A stretch of DNA of 64,000 nucleotides from Laetmonice hystrix (taxonomy: Eukaryota), in the NCBI GenBank assembly GCA_965235115.1, contig OZ249442.1:17484001-17548000 (forward strand). The letters are read 5' to 3'. Positions 37,766 through 51,101 of the stretch are shown here, in pieces. Numbering within the stretch: the stretch's first letter is position 1; each line of letters starts with the position of its first letter. Below the pieces are notes generated by a model that was given only the letters and a program-made list of their open reading frames with translations, did no database searches and was not told the DNA's origin. Both the position numbers and the translations under genes were made by a program.

Positions 37766-39095
37766 ACAAAATCAAATCTCTCCTTGGTGGAAAGAACTGG
37801 CATCAATATTATCTATTAGTATCACACCAAATGTTTCTAGGGAAGTGATTTTGCATCGTTCAAAAACAAAAAACCTTGAGCAACAAGCCTTTTTTTGTCT
37901 AGGGTCATCTATTATATTATTTACTTAGTACAACCAGGGGTCTAGTTTGACTTTTCAAAACCACAGTTCCATGACAAGAATATACTGCCGAGGGAGCGAT
38001 GGCTGTTCCAAAACATCAGGTGCTGTACTAAAGAGGCATCACAAACCAGGAGAGTGGCCTCCAAATTGATGCCAGACCCTATCCGCAGTTGTTTCAACAT
38101 TATGCACATGTTCCAACTTCAAAGAAATATGATTGCTTTCGTCTGCCTTGGTTAGCACACCAGTGCCATCTATCATAGGGCCTACATATCGAGGCCCACA
38201 CAGGGACTCAGGGCCGCCCCGGTCCAATGGCGGGCTGCCCTGCTAGAAGGCACGTCCTGCTGGCGCTGCCATGTTACACAAACGGATACACAACGTGATA
38301 CGAGTCATGGTTTGGGTCATATCATAAAGTATCTCTCATACATGTGGCAGTGGTGGTGAGAGTTGGGGCCCGACTTCCGAGCAGACGGCAGACGGGCGCC
38401 TCAGATTGGAGGGCGCGAGGGCGGGGCAGACGGACGCCTCACGTTCGAGGGCGACTGACGCCCGTTGCACCTGTTCCCAATGGTCAAATCTCACCCTTGT
38501 TTTAGTCACTTAAGTCATCCAGCAGACCTGTCCAAGCTTCCAACCGTACGACTCGCTAATAGCTAGGTCAAGGTTAGCCATGGCAAGTATTAACATACAA
38601 GTACTGTGCTAGAAACCTTCAGCCTGCAGCAACGTCTTTAAATCCTGACATTGTCAACGTTTCTAACTTATTCAATCAAGTATTTAACTATGCAAGGACA
38701 TTTTTTATTGCATAGAAATCCGTTGAGGACATAGCCTGGCCTACATTTGCTGACATATTGTGTAAATACTTTTTAATGAAGTTTAACTCGACCTCTGTTT
38801 CTCTCACCTCCCTGGTGTACACCGATTTGAACCCGGAGTCAGTCGAAGCGGTTCGTCCAACGTTACGGTTTACAAGACGAGCCCTTTGTGATTGATCACC
38901 CAAAGGTACTCTGAGACTGGCGTACTGGATTCGGCAGGACCCAAAGAACTCAGGCGTTCCACCAGTAACATCTTCATCACCCAGAAATAATCCGGCGGCA
39001 ATGTGTGTCCATCTTTAATAACCGAGGGTCAATCAACACAGTCTAATGACCCGGGGTTTCATCGCCCCAGCCACTGGCCTAATTCCCTCTTCCCC

Positions 39096-39098
<3 letters not shown>

Positions 39099-39137
<39 letters not shown>
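39099..39137. repeat. (CTG)13 trinucleotide microsatellite ((CAG)13 on the sall sense strand)
   Basis: Read directly from the sequence. Confidence 0.97.
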
Positions 39138-40070
39138 ATGGACAAACTACCCCTGACACCCTTCCCGGAATCTACTCGGCGCCCAGTGCACTCAGTTACA
39201 TCGCATTCCTAACCAGCCTCAGCCTCCCACACCCCAATGGTTTCTGTAAGCACCACATTTTGCTCAAGGCATGCAGAAAATGGCCCATCATATCTGTCTA
39301 CATCAGTCAGGTGAAAATTAAGTCCGGCCCACTCCGGGGGGTGGGGCCCCCACTGAACACTGGAACCCCTCCCCCCTGAGGCGGGAGGGGGGAGGGGTCT
39401 CTGAACATATCGCCTCAGGGTCTATCAAAGCTTACATGCATGCGTGTGCACGCAGAGATCTGTGGGGGAACATATCCTGAACTAAGCTTGCGTCAAATAC
39501 CTGCATGCTGGTTTCATTTCACTCGATATGTTGTGGGGGTCGGAGTGTGGGGGGAGAGAGGCGGTTAGTGGGAGCGAGTCGAGGCCCTGTCCGCGCCTTT
39601 ATCAACCGAGCAAATCAAACGTGATGTTGCCAGGGTGCAGGTTTGAAACACCCCGGATCATATTTTGGCCTCATGTTCCCTCCCATCAGTATCCTTGAAC
39701 AGAGAGCAGGGGGTTGAGTTTGAGAGGTCAAGGGGAGGCCCAGCGGGGGGTTGTAGGGAGGGTGGAGTGGACAGTGTGGGGGTAACTAGACACCAAGGTA
39801 CCAAGTTGTCCATCTTCACCCCCTTGGTCAGGGTGACTGGGTGACGGGAGGTGACCAGCTGGGCGGGATGTGCTGAGGGCCTCAGGGCACCCCCCTAACC
39901 CCCCTCCCCCTACTGCCTCCCTAGGCCGGTGGGCCTAACTGTTACCATATGATCGCCTGGCTGGCATCCATTCCACAGTGTTTATAAGAAAAATATCTTG
40001 TATCAGTTGTGGGCACAGCATGAGGCCCCGCCGCAAGCTGCCGCCTCATCTATTATGGTCTAACTACGTG

Positions 40071-40285
40071 GATGTGTCCAGGCTGGACGTGATCCAGACC
40101 CAGGGTCCAGGGACACGTCACTAGTGGACTGAACGGATGGACTGGGATGTGTCTAGGCTGGACGTGATCCAGACCCGGGGTCCAGGGACACGTCACTAGT
40201 GGACTGAACGGATGGACTGAGATGTGTCCAGGCTGGACGTGATCCAGACCCAGGGTCCAGGGACACGTCACTAGTGGACGAACGG
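40071..40285. repeat. Tandem repeat, 75-bp unit x~3
   Basis: gatgtgtccaggctggacgtgatccagacccagggtccagggacacgtcactagtggactgaacggatggactg(g/a) at 40071, 40146 and 40221. Confidence 0.95.
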
Positions 40286-42436
40286 AGGTGTGGGTTGGGG
40301 AACAGGTCCAGGGGGACTTAAGGGTTGGGGACAGTTCTGCTTTTTGATCCCGGTTGATGATGGGGAGATGTGCCCCCTTGGACTTCCCAAATAAGGGGGT
40401 TGGGACCAACGAGCCTCAATATGGAGGCTAAGAGCAGTTCTGACTAGACTGGGTTGAGTCTAAAGTATGGTAATTACCTTGGAAGAGATTGAACATCGCT
40501 GCACTAAACACTACTCTAAAAAAAATCAAAACATTCTTTGTGACCATTTGAGTCACTCTAATGCTGGCGCTCCATGCTGGAGTACGCACCCCCTACCTCG
40601 ACGCGTTTCACGTTTATGTGATTTTGATACGTCGATCACTCAGCAGATCAGCGTCAGCCATTGGGGGACGGCGGAGGACTCGGGGCAAATAATAAATAAA
40701 GTGTATCATCATGTCGGGCAGGGTGGCTATGATGGCCTGATGGAGGGGTGTTTGGGGGAGAGAAATATGCACTTCCGCTGATGTCATGTCAGGCCCGGTG
40801 GTATGTCAAAGGGGATTAGGGGTGCGATCTACTAAATGTCTATATTCAGGGAGGTGGCTGCCCCCAAGTCCCTGTCTCCTGTCAATGGAAGCATCACAGC
40901 AGGCAGATTCTCCTGATCAGAGCTCGGACTGGAGGCCCTTGGGTCCTGCCGGCTGTTCGCCAGGCTACGCCGGGTCAGACCAAATGGCCACTTTAGCCTG
41001 CCCTCCGTACAAGTGTCCATTCGGCAATGAATATGGCTAGAACTGGTAATTCGCATTTATCACAAGATAAGGGCTGCGGGCGCCGTGTCCGCTGGGAATC
41101 GTCACAATCACCGTTTTCCATTTCATCGCTGTCAGCCTCCCCGGACTGTGAATCTCCACCCCCATTTAATTCATATGCCCTCTGCATCATACCCCGCCAC
41201 TCAAAATATTATTATTGCAATATTTCTCGCGATGTGCTGATGGCTAATTTGATGCAAGAGTGATGTTGGTGGGGAGAGGGCCCGCTGGAGTGGAAAGCGT
41301 ACAGTGTTGGCGGTCGACGAGCTGGGAATACCATATGAGGAAGATGTTCCTGGACCCGACCCATTACGTGGCTGGTCCGGGCCATGCCGTACGCACGGCA
41401 CACCCGTGTCAATATTTTATCGGCGCGGACACTAGCAAACAGATGCCGCCGACGCCGGCTTCAGGTCAGTGATTAGGCCGGCCATGAGAGTCATCGGTCA
41501 TGTCCCCCCTGCATGGCCCTGGTCAAACGAGACGACCGCTAAAATAGGCTCAGTGGCCCCCAGCCCCCTCCCTACCCCCAGACCCGACACAACAGGGGAT
41601 GGGGGGCGGTGACCTAACAGACCTCCCTGGTCACCTCCACCGTGCCCCGTAACATGGCCCGGTAACGATTCCATAAATTGATAATGGCCTTCATAAGGCA
41701 CATGATCTGCAGGGGTCAGGCCTGGCGGACTGCTGGGGTGGGCTGCCGTGTGGAGAGGGCAAGCAGATCTTGGCTCACTCTGCCTGGCTGACTATCCCTG
41801 TGATTGGGGTTTGACCCCGTGTTGTACCCAACACGATCTGGGGTTGGGGGTGGGGGTGGGTTGGGTCTAGCGGGTGAATTACCATGCCCTGATGGGACCC
41901 ATATGATTCCACTGACTGCTCCATCACCAGGCCCACCTGATCGGAGCTTCAATAATACATGGGTCGTAACACTTGGGTCGTGATTTTCCTCTGATGCTTC
42001 TTCCCCTTCGCCCTCGCGGAGGATGAGGACAGGACTCGGTCTGTGTTCTGGCCTTCAGACAGACCGCCGGCCAGGTTATACACCAGCCATGTGCCATGTG
42101 TCAGACTGGTCCAAACCAATGTAATTACAACCGACCACCGTCAACATACATCAAGCCTGGGTAATGGACCAAACCGACCTAGGACCACGACCAACCTCGG
42201 CCTAACCCCCCCGCCCCCCATCGTGTGCTCAAGTCCATGTCCCTTGGAAGACTTCTGGTCATTTATGATTCCAAATATAATGTAGGCCATGAAACTGTGG
42301 AAGCGAGCACCTCCTGAGTACAACAGTCTCACAACAAGTGTTGCCCATGTCTAGTTTGGCCGTGCCGATTGGGCGGGGGGTACTGGTCAGAAATCTAATT
42401 ACATCCCTGCTTGACCACTGGGCAGGGCTCTCATTG

Positions 42437-42654
42437 NNNNNNNNNNNNNNNNNNNNNNNNNNNNNNNNNNNNNNNNNNNNNNNNNNNNNNNNNNNNNNNN
42501 NNNNNNNNNNNNNNNNNNNNNNNNNNNNNNNNNNNNNNNNNNNNNNNNNNNNNNNNNNNNNNNNNNNNNNNNNNNNNNNNNNNNNNNNNNNNNNNNNNNN
42601 NNNNNNNNNNNNNNNNNNNNNNNNNNNNNNNNNNNNNNNNNNNNNNNNNNNNNN
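42437..42654. other. Assembly gap (218 N)
   Basis: Run of N read directly. Confidence 1.
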
Positions 42655-44084
42655 TAGAATCTCATGACCCTCCCAAGTGATGGTCATCATAATGGGCGGC
42701 CATCATTTTGTTATCAATTATCTGATTTGGTTATTAATGGCTTACGCTGCCTGCCGCCTGATGGCGCTGGCAGTCTCCCTGACGGAATCCCATTCACTTG
42801 GATCAACGCACGTGACATAGCCACATGGCCGTTAGCCTCAGTTAATTTTCCGCTATATTGCGCTTGTAATGCGCAGAGCCCCCTCCCCCCTCCCCCTAAC
42901 CACCAGCCAACTCAAAGATGCGGCCACCATTCTGACACGTTTCATCACCCCTCGTCAAAAATAAGAATTTCTCAAAAGCCTTCACGGCCCCTGCCCTGTC
43001 TCAATGGCCGCCATTGGCTGTGGCAAATCGTGAGGCTGATATTTAATACGTCTCCCAACATCAGCCGACTTCCCTCTGACCCACGTCCGGGCCGGTGTCT
43101 CACCATTCATATTATTTTCATATGATTTGAGAAGATTACCTGGTGAAGTGCCCGCTGGCCAGGCCCGGTTTGGTCGGCCCTGCCAACACCTGACGGCCCG
43201 CCCGTCACCGCCCTTTCACGTTCACTCACTCGCACACCACTGATCTGACATCAAATTTATATGCTTCCATTGAACATGCTCATAACAGGAGAGGCTCCCT
43301 CCTTCTCCCACTCTGCCCCTGTCTAAGCCAACAATCACCGGGCCAACCGCCCTGACAGTCCGGCGTCTCACGGTTAAGTCACGTTTGTAACGTCTTCCCC
43401 AAACCCCGTCACCCCTGACCCAGGAGGATGAAGTAAGGGGGTAGGGATGCTGTAGAGGGTAATATATGACCCCCATGTATGCACCCTTCATAGGGTTGAG
43501 CATATTAGCACGTGGGACATCAATAGAAGCCAGCCCGATTCTCTCCTTGTATCCTCCCCACCCCGACCCTTTATGTCTTTATGATGTGATATCTAGTCTA
43601 GGTGGCATCCTGTGGATGAACAGAAGAGAGTAGATTCAACCTCTCACACAACCCTTAGCTACCTGACATATACTGACTCCTACATCTACCTGCTTCACTG
43701 TGGACATCGGTGAGGGACTAGGGAGGGCACTGAGGGCTTGTGGAGGGCACTGAGGGGCCACAACGTCCGCCTCAGTCATGGGTCCCTCCCGCCCAACACA
43801 CCGTTTCCCAGGAAGTCCAAAAACCTGGCAATCAAAAGAAAAACTCTGGAAGCAGCCCCCCTCCCCCTCCCGCCTGAAACATAGCGGGACGGTGGGGTGC
43901 CTGGGGAGAGACTGCGAGAGACTCGGCCTCCTGGGCCTGGTAGTGTAATAACGTCATAGTATACTCCGGCCTGGAACTCGCAGCCTGACTTCTACAACCA
44001 CACACCGTCATTTCATTCATGACCCACAGACACACGCCGTCCCGTTACGATCAGGCCGAGTGTTGTGAGGAACTGCTATACCCC

Positions 44085-44108
44085 CACCACCACCACCACC
44101 ACCACCAC
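44085..44108. repeat. (CAC)8 microsatellite
   Basis: Read directly from the sequence. Confidence 0.9.
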
Positions 44109-47100
44109 AATGGGACAAATGAAGCCCCTGGTCCTGTCAGCCCCGCGGGTAGGAGTTTTTCTTACTCCGTCTTTGTGCTGACACTCGTCGCGGTATAGAG
44201 TCAGTCACCCACAAACCTGTAAACTCCATCTCAGATTGACTCCTGTCAGAACAGTGTTTTACACTGTATTCAGAATCCACCAACGCACCCACTGACTTAC
44301 CCTAGAGATTCCTTTCACCTATAAACACTGCATAACGTCCGGGAAACGCCGACCGAAAGAAAAATTATGTATACGCAGTTGTTGAGAATTGCCGGCGGGC
44401 CAGGATACGAACAGTCCATAACATGACATTTTGCTGCTCTGATTTTTACCTTTTCTTTGTAAATACCGATGTTTACATTAGTAATAACCTTTTACAATGG
44501 GCTCGTTTGATTCTAAATGTCATACAGTTTCTCTATGCACTGGCCAACCCACAGATGGCTTGTTGGTTTTAAAAGCGAACAAGTACTTTTATGATTATAG
44601 TTGCTGTTGTTTGCTAAGCCCTGTGAAATGGATGCTGTACCTATCAGGTATGACTGGTTTTACAAAGGGTCATGTTTGCATGTTGGTCATAATGCAATGG
44701 TCGCCAGGCTTGTATCTATGGAGAACAAACCAAGCCTATTTATTGTCTCTTGTGAGTGGATGATTCCATTGACAACATATTAATACCCACCCATATCACT
44801 CTTCCATACTGCTTGTCCATTTTGCCCCGGACAAAGTGTGGCGTTTTCAATGGCCTCCAATACATTACACAGCTGGGTATTAACATTGTAATATAACTTC
44901 TTTTGTCGGGGTAAAATGTGGTTACAATCGCTGTGTTTTTCACCTGTCAGCGCACTTTGCATGTCTGTCCAGTTATGTCCCTTTAGAAGATTGAGCACCG
45001 CCAGAGTGTGGCGATCAATTGGTGTCAGTGGCGGGAGTGGGGACTAGTGGGGGCGACGCGACAGTTGTCGCCTTTGTAAGTCATTAACCGCACAATTCCC
45101 GCCCAGCACGCTTGGCTGCCTCAGTGACTACACACCGTTACGCTGTGTTAAATCAGGCATGACTAATCCCAGGTAATCTTGTCGTCAATCCGCTCCAGTG
45201 ATCAGCCTCAGATCTGCGGACACCTGAAGGAGCGGGGTTTCAGATCTCAACCGACAGGTAACCATGTAAACTTGACTCGGGCCGGCGGGGCTGACACCTG
45301 TAACTGTATGTACCTCAGCCGGTGGGGGTGGGGTGAGGGGGTACATGTACCGCTCTGGAGCAGCTCAACACAGGAGGGGGTCTCTCTAGGGTGACTAGAT
45401 CACACTGGAGAACCCCCTGAGTACAATGACAGGCACTGGTATTGTCTCACCATCAGCTCTCCGTATAGACAACTCCCTTCTCACTGAGGATGACGCCCCA
45501 ATCTAGGCCAAACCCTGCCTCCCACACCAACCTGCTGACACTGTCCCAAGCGGGTGGCAGTGACTCGAATCAATAGCAAACTCGGACACAAGCCAAGTTT
45601 TCCGACACTGACACAATGACTGCGGGTCAGGCCTGCTAGTCGAAGGACGGCCGTGGGAGCTGGGAGGGGGGATATCGTAGTAGAAGGCAGGAGGGTAAGC
45701 CCCCTAACCCCCACCCCCCTACAACCATCCTATAGTCCCTCTATCCGTCTCATCCACGGTAGCGGAAGCCCTGCCACTGGAGACAGTACACCCGACAATT
45801 ATTGTGTACGGCTAATGGCAGCTTGACGAGCCGGGCCAACAACACACCGGCTGCCCCCGCCCCCACTCTACAATCACCCCCCTCACACAGCCTGCACTCC
45901 TGGCACCTTCCCAATCTGCTCTCACCTGCTGGTTTTATTATGATTCCCGATCACTTCCTACCAAATCACCTAACCAGCCCCATCACTGCCCCCATCAAAT
46001 ACGGGCTTACTACTATTTGCATGCGTCCAACTCACTCCAGCTCACGCTATGCAAATATGCGCGCATACCTCAAGCAAATGAACCAACGCTACTAATTTCC
46101 CCCCTTCCCCTTCAGTATTCCCCAAATGTACTCCCCTAACTGGGGTTATTTTTCTGTTCATGTGATATTGGCAATCCATGAGGAGGATGGTGAAGAGAGG
46201 AGAGGACCTAAGGCTGGCTCAGTTTGAGGATCTCGAAGATCCAGCTCTGACAGAGAGTCTACTGACCCGTACCTGACGGTCACACCCCCCACCCACCTTA
46301 ACCCCCACCCCCAGCCGACCACACGCACCCAACAGTCCCCCGACCCTGCCAAATCTACAGGCTGACGTGCAGCTACCGGGCCGCGCTCACATGGAGCCGA
46401 GGTAGGCTTTACCAAGCCAACATGTCCAATATAGTCATTAATATCATTAGGACCTCTCCCTCCTTATCATCGCTGACCTCTCTGTCGATATCAAGACATC
46501 CCGACCTCTCCATCCTCCAACCCTCCTCACAAACACCCCGCAGGCCAGGTGGGACTCGGATTAACACACACACCCTTGTGGATTAAGTGTTTATTTGGTA
46601 TCCTCTGAAATAAAAGACCATCCATAACAATCATGTCTCATCCGTTAGAGGGGAGGGGGTTTGGCGATGACACTGCGATGCATATCTACAATCAGAGCCA
46701 TGTGGACACTAATCCCTATTTTTAGAGGTCGCCCTCGCTATGACCTCTTCCTGATGTCGGAATCATTCACGCCATCCGCCAATACAACCAAATATGACTC
46801 ATATTAACGGCGACGTAATTTCATCATTAGAGGCGGATTGCTGGCCGCCAATGGTACTTTTATTCATGGCTCCCAGCCGCCGCTGGCTGGGGGGGGGGGG
46901 GGGCGGGGGAGCGAAACACGTTTTCATCTATACATCATGATACAGGTCTGACTGGTGGTCGTCGTTACCTGTAACCCCCTCCGACAGGACATCAGACAAA
47001 CATTCAAACCATGCATGGCATCCATTTTCTGATAATAATCCTGACCCACCCAGCCAACACGCTTCACCACTTTCATGGCCACATTTTCATTATATTTCAC

Positions 47101-47765
47101 CGGTATAATTTTTCCCTCTGTGTTGACACATGGGACATGACCGTTGTTGTGTGCCGACCTCTCGCTGGTTCCATGACAAAACGAGTCAATAGATTTGTCG
47201 TTGAAGAGACTGTAGCAAAGGTCAGTTGACTGGGCCGCCATTGAGGCAGGGCCTGTAACACGGGAGACAGTATCAATTCCATTATCCCGTATGAAGCCCA
47301 GGACTAACATGATCTAACTCTGCTCTTTGGTGTCTATCGATAAAACCGGACCATGTCAATAGTCAATAATTTCATATTTCCTGGGGGGCTGGTAATTGCC
47401 ACTGTGTATCAAAGCGGGGGACACTCAGGCTAGACTCAATCAATACTGATGACATTTTCTCGTGTGGCTTATCCTTTGGTGTGCGTGAGGGGCTTTCAGT
47501 TTGTTTCACCTTACTCACAGCTAGTTTAATCGGTCCAATGGACTACCGGTCCACCGGTCCGCCGGTCCACTGAGGCACGTTCTCTGTGTCAGTCCATAAG
47601 CATTTAACTGTCACCATCTACAATGTTACACGACGGTTACCTGCGCCTGTGGTATAAGTTCAATATACATGTACATGTATATATAAATCCGAGGAGCTTT
47701 GCTCTTGTACGTACTGGCACTAGACTCGGGGTTCCGAGACCACGGTCCATTCCAGAGTACCATCT

Positions 47766-47813
47766 CCAATGAGAGTCTCCATTGGCACGCCAATGAGAGT
47801 CTCCATTGGCACG
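47766..47813. repeat. Perfect 24-bp tandem duplication
   Basis: ccaatgagagtctccattggcacg x2. Confidence 0.95.
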
Positions 47814-48490
47814 GTCCTCCTGCTCATATTGCTGACACAGGGCGAAATGTGGCCGGAGGTGTGATTAAAACTAGGGAATAGAGCACCATGAGACTGGTGA
47901 TGATAACTGAAGTCTCTCCGACTTATCTATTAAACGAGAGCCTGGTACGGGCCAGCTGGTCATCTTCGTCCAACAATCGGAAACATGAGACCGACATGAT
48001 CAGCCAACCAAATGAAATACATGCTTGCCGGGTCAGCATATCATATCACAGGCCATGTCGGCCGGTCGCCACCGAGCGGCCTTTATCAAATTTGCTGCGA
48101 ACGTGGTGGCCAGGTCATTGGGAATTTGGCGGGTTAATGCGACAAATACACGACAGCACAGTGCACAAAATCTCGTTATATCCATAAAGGGAGAATGTGG
48201 CTAGAACACCAAGTACAGACGTCGACGGGCCACCCATAACAAAACATCGACCTTTTGTGGCCTACCTGCCAGGGCAAAGTGACCTATTCTTTACTAACAA
48301 TGGCCGCCTGCAGTTCACAATTCGAGGCGTTTGACATATGTACACGGTCTACGTGAACGATAACGAGTATTGTATAGTTAATTTTAACGGGGCTGGCGCT
48401 CACTGCATATTGTTGTGGGAGTGAAGGTTGTAGGTTGGGATGGAACCAGGTTCATTCAGTGTCATGCCAACTCTATGCTATACCAAAACT

Positions 48491-48890
48491 ATCCCACATC
48501 ATACCAGCCTCTTCGTACACCATACCAGCCTTCCCATACCAGCATCTCCCTGTATCACACCAACTTCTCTAAACTATAGGGCCTACTAATCCCATCCCAC
48601 ATCATACCAGCCTTCCCAGCCTTCCCATACCAGCATCTCCATTGTGTCACTCACTTCTATAAACTATACCAATCCCATCCCAAATCATACCAGCCTCACC
48701 GTACACCATACCAGCCTTCCCATACCAGCACCCTGTATCACACCAACTTCTCTAAACTATACTAATCCCATCCCATATCATACCAGCCTTCCCATACCAG
48801 CATCTCCCTGTGTCACTCCAACTTCTCTAAACTATACCAAGCCCATCCCACATCATACCAGCCTCTTCGTACAGCATACCATCTTTCCCT
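48491..48890. repeat. Diverged composite tandem repeat, ~75-103-bp unit x~4.5, built from cataccagcc sub-repeats
   Basis: atccca(c/a/t)atcataccagcc recurs at about 48491, 48594, 48677, 48770 and 48845. acttct(c/a)taaactata recurs four times. Confidence 0.88.
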
Positions 48891-51101
48891 CTCCACACCG
48901 ACCAGTTTTCCCATACACCATACCCCCCCCCCCCCCCCCCACACCATATCACAGCCCTGAACGTGCCAGCAAACACACACCGAGCCTTTGACACCAAGTG
49001 TCAAAATTAACCCCAGCTGCCATTACTGAGCAACCGGTCACCGACGGCAAATATTATATCGGAGCCGGGCCCATTTCTAAAGCCTCTCGGGGACTTTTCA
49101 GTCACGCTGAGGTAGAGCAAACAGAAAGGCAACTCCAGAGGAAAATTTCTGCCTGTTTGATCAGCGGCCTTGCGAGCTGTCGGGCACGAGTCTGCCACAC
49201 ATGTATCCGTGATTACAACAGCCAAGCCCGCCACATCCAATGACAACCGTCTGATTTAAAACCTCGGCCATTCACACTCAGATGGTGTCGCTGCTGCCGG
49301 TAGCCGCGTGCAAACCCTTACCAACAACAACGGCGGGCGCGGAAAAAGTCCCTATTTTTCCTGCTACTCAGCAAGCCAACAAGTAGGGGCAAAGCTTCGA
49401 CGCTAAGCATGTTTGCCTAGCCCAGTGAAATCATAGACGAGGCGGTTTGACCCTACAGGCATTTATGCATATGAAACGAAGCACTGTAATTCCAACGCAC
49501 ACATTCCGCGACCTCTAGCGTTAAGTTTCAGCCTCAATCATTTAGTGGCGGTGTATTTTCACCCGACGTATAACTTTCCGGTGATAGAATATCACCACTC
49601 CATCCACGTGATTAGGCACAGTTCACCATGGCCGCTTACTAAAACTTCCTCATATAAAACCACTGAAGACAAACTAATGGTTTTCTGTTAAGTCTCTCTC
49701 AGTATACCCTCACTCCATAATATGGAGGAGTTAAATTTATCCTCTTGTAAATGGAACCAAAGAAATATTTCTATTTTATGGATTAAAAGGTCAACGTGGC
49801 CGTTAGTTGACAAAAAAGGTCCATTTGTCCGGTTGTGTGTATGCCACATCATGTTTTAGCAAAGTCCATTAACATCTAATTCAGTCAGTGTGTAGATTTA
49901 ACCCGTGGCTGTCTCTGAACCGGTCTTCCATTGAATGCGCGAGTCAACTGTAGCAAAGCTTTGCCGTCACCGACAGGGTCTCACATAGTCAATCAGAAAG
50001 CCCCCCAGGCCCAGGCAAACACTTCATTAAGCCTCCAGGCATCATTTTAGTATCCCTCCCTCCACTGCCCTCCAATAATGGCCAGATATACATTGAAGAA
50101 TTGACCGAAAGGACAAAACGCGGATTTGATGTCCTCGGGTCAGCAATCACAATCGGTCACATCGGGGGCGGCCATTACCTGTCTATTGTCACCCGCTTGA
50201 CATGTTGTGTAATGGTCACCGCTGGACAGGCTTATCGGTCACAACGCTCAGCGACACGTTTTTTAAAGATGGCTTTTGTCTCGGCATCACTGCCATTCCT
50301 CTGGGCGAAAGGTAAATGACAGCACACTGTGTTGGTGCAAGGGTCAGTGACTGGGCAGTGTGGATGGACGGATGGATGGACGGATGGGTGACCAGTGAGT
50401 GGACATAGTGACAGTCAGTGATAATGTGACATAACACTAGGGTATCTCTACCCGGAATCTAATAACGTATTGGCTGAGTGGATTGAGCCCTCCACATCCA
50501 GCGGACGCACCTGGTCTGGGTTCAACCACAAACTATTCAATGCATTCAGTCGATGTTTTCATCCAACTTCTTCCCTATAACGTTCACCCACATTTTACCA
50601 TCAGTCAAACTCTACCCAAGTCCCCATAATTAACCCCTATGGAGATTACGGTACCAACTCTATCTTCTCCTATGCAAAATGCTGAAGGAAATACGGCACG
50701 TAGACCCAAATGGCGTAAGCTTGGATAAGGCGCAAAAAGCAATATATTAGACTTGTGGCCGCACTTGTCCGACAGCCAAGTTGGCAGAGGTGTCCTCACA
50801 GAATCCTCACAATGGCATGTCAGAGGTTCAGTTAACATGGGTGTTAGCTGCCTGTGGTCTTGCGACGCGTCACGACCAACGCGTGACCTTGGCTAATGTC
50901 AGCCAGTAAAGTTGCGCTTTGCTCGCTCAGCTGGTAAAGCTGCGAATGTTTGAGGCATCTTTCCACCAGACTGGCCCCGCTGGGCGCCGTCTGTGATGTA
51001 ACATTGGTGTGGTCCTTACAGGTGGTAATTACCTACACAACATGGCCGCCCCGGTCAAACCTATCCCCCTTTCTCTCTCATACATTAAATACCTTTCTGC
51101 T

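Noticed and set aside
36672-37766. Plus-strand and alternative-frame ORFs overlapping the sall exon
   Set aside because: These are shadows of a GC-rich coding exon with no independent protein signature.
38100-38156. Minus-strand frame reading NQGRRKQSYFFEVGTCA*, resembling the SALL MSRRKQ motif
   Set aside because: No Met-Ser start, the following KP is absent, and the frame stops within 12 codons without a clear donor. Treated as chance.
39080-39170. (CAG)13 as a cryptic polyglutamine exon of sall
   Set aside because: Only a weak acceptor (tttgtccatcag) and no convincing downstream donor.
42259-42690. ORFs spanning the N gap
   Set aside because: Artefacts of translating N as X.
50923-50940. 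tRNA D-arm/A-box-like TCGCTCAGCTGGTAAAGC, and separately a B-box-like CGGGTTCAAATC at 38835..38824(-)
   Set aside because: Neither has its partner box at the right distance or a cloverleaf. At most these are decayed SINE remnants, which I cannot support.
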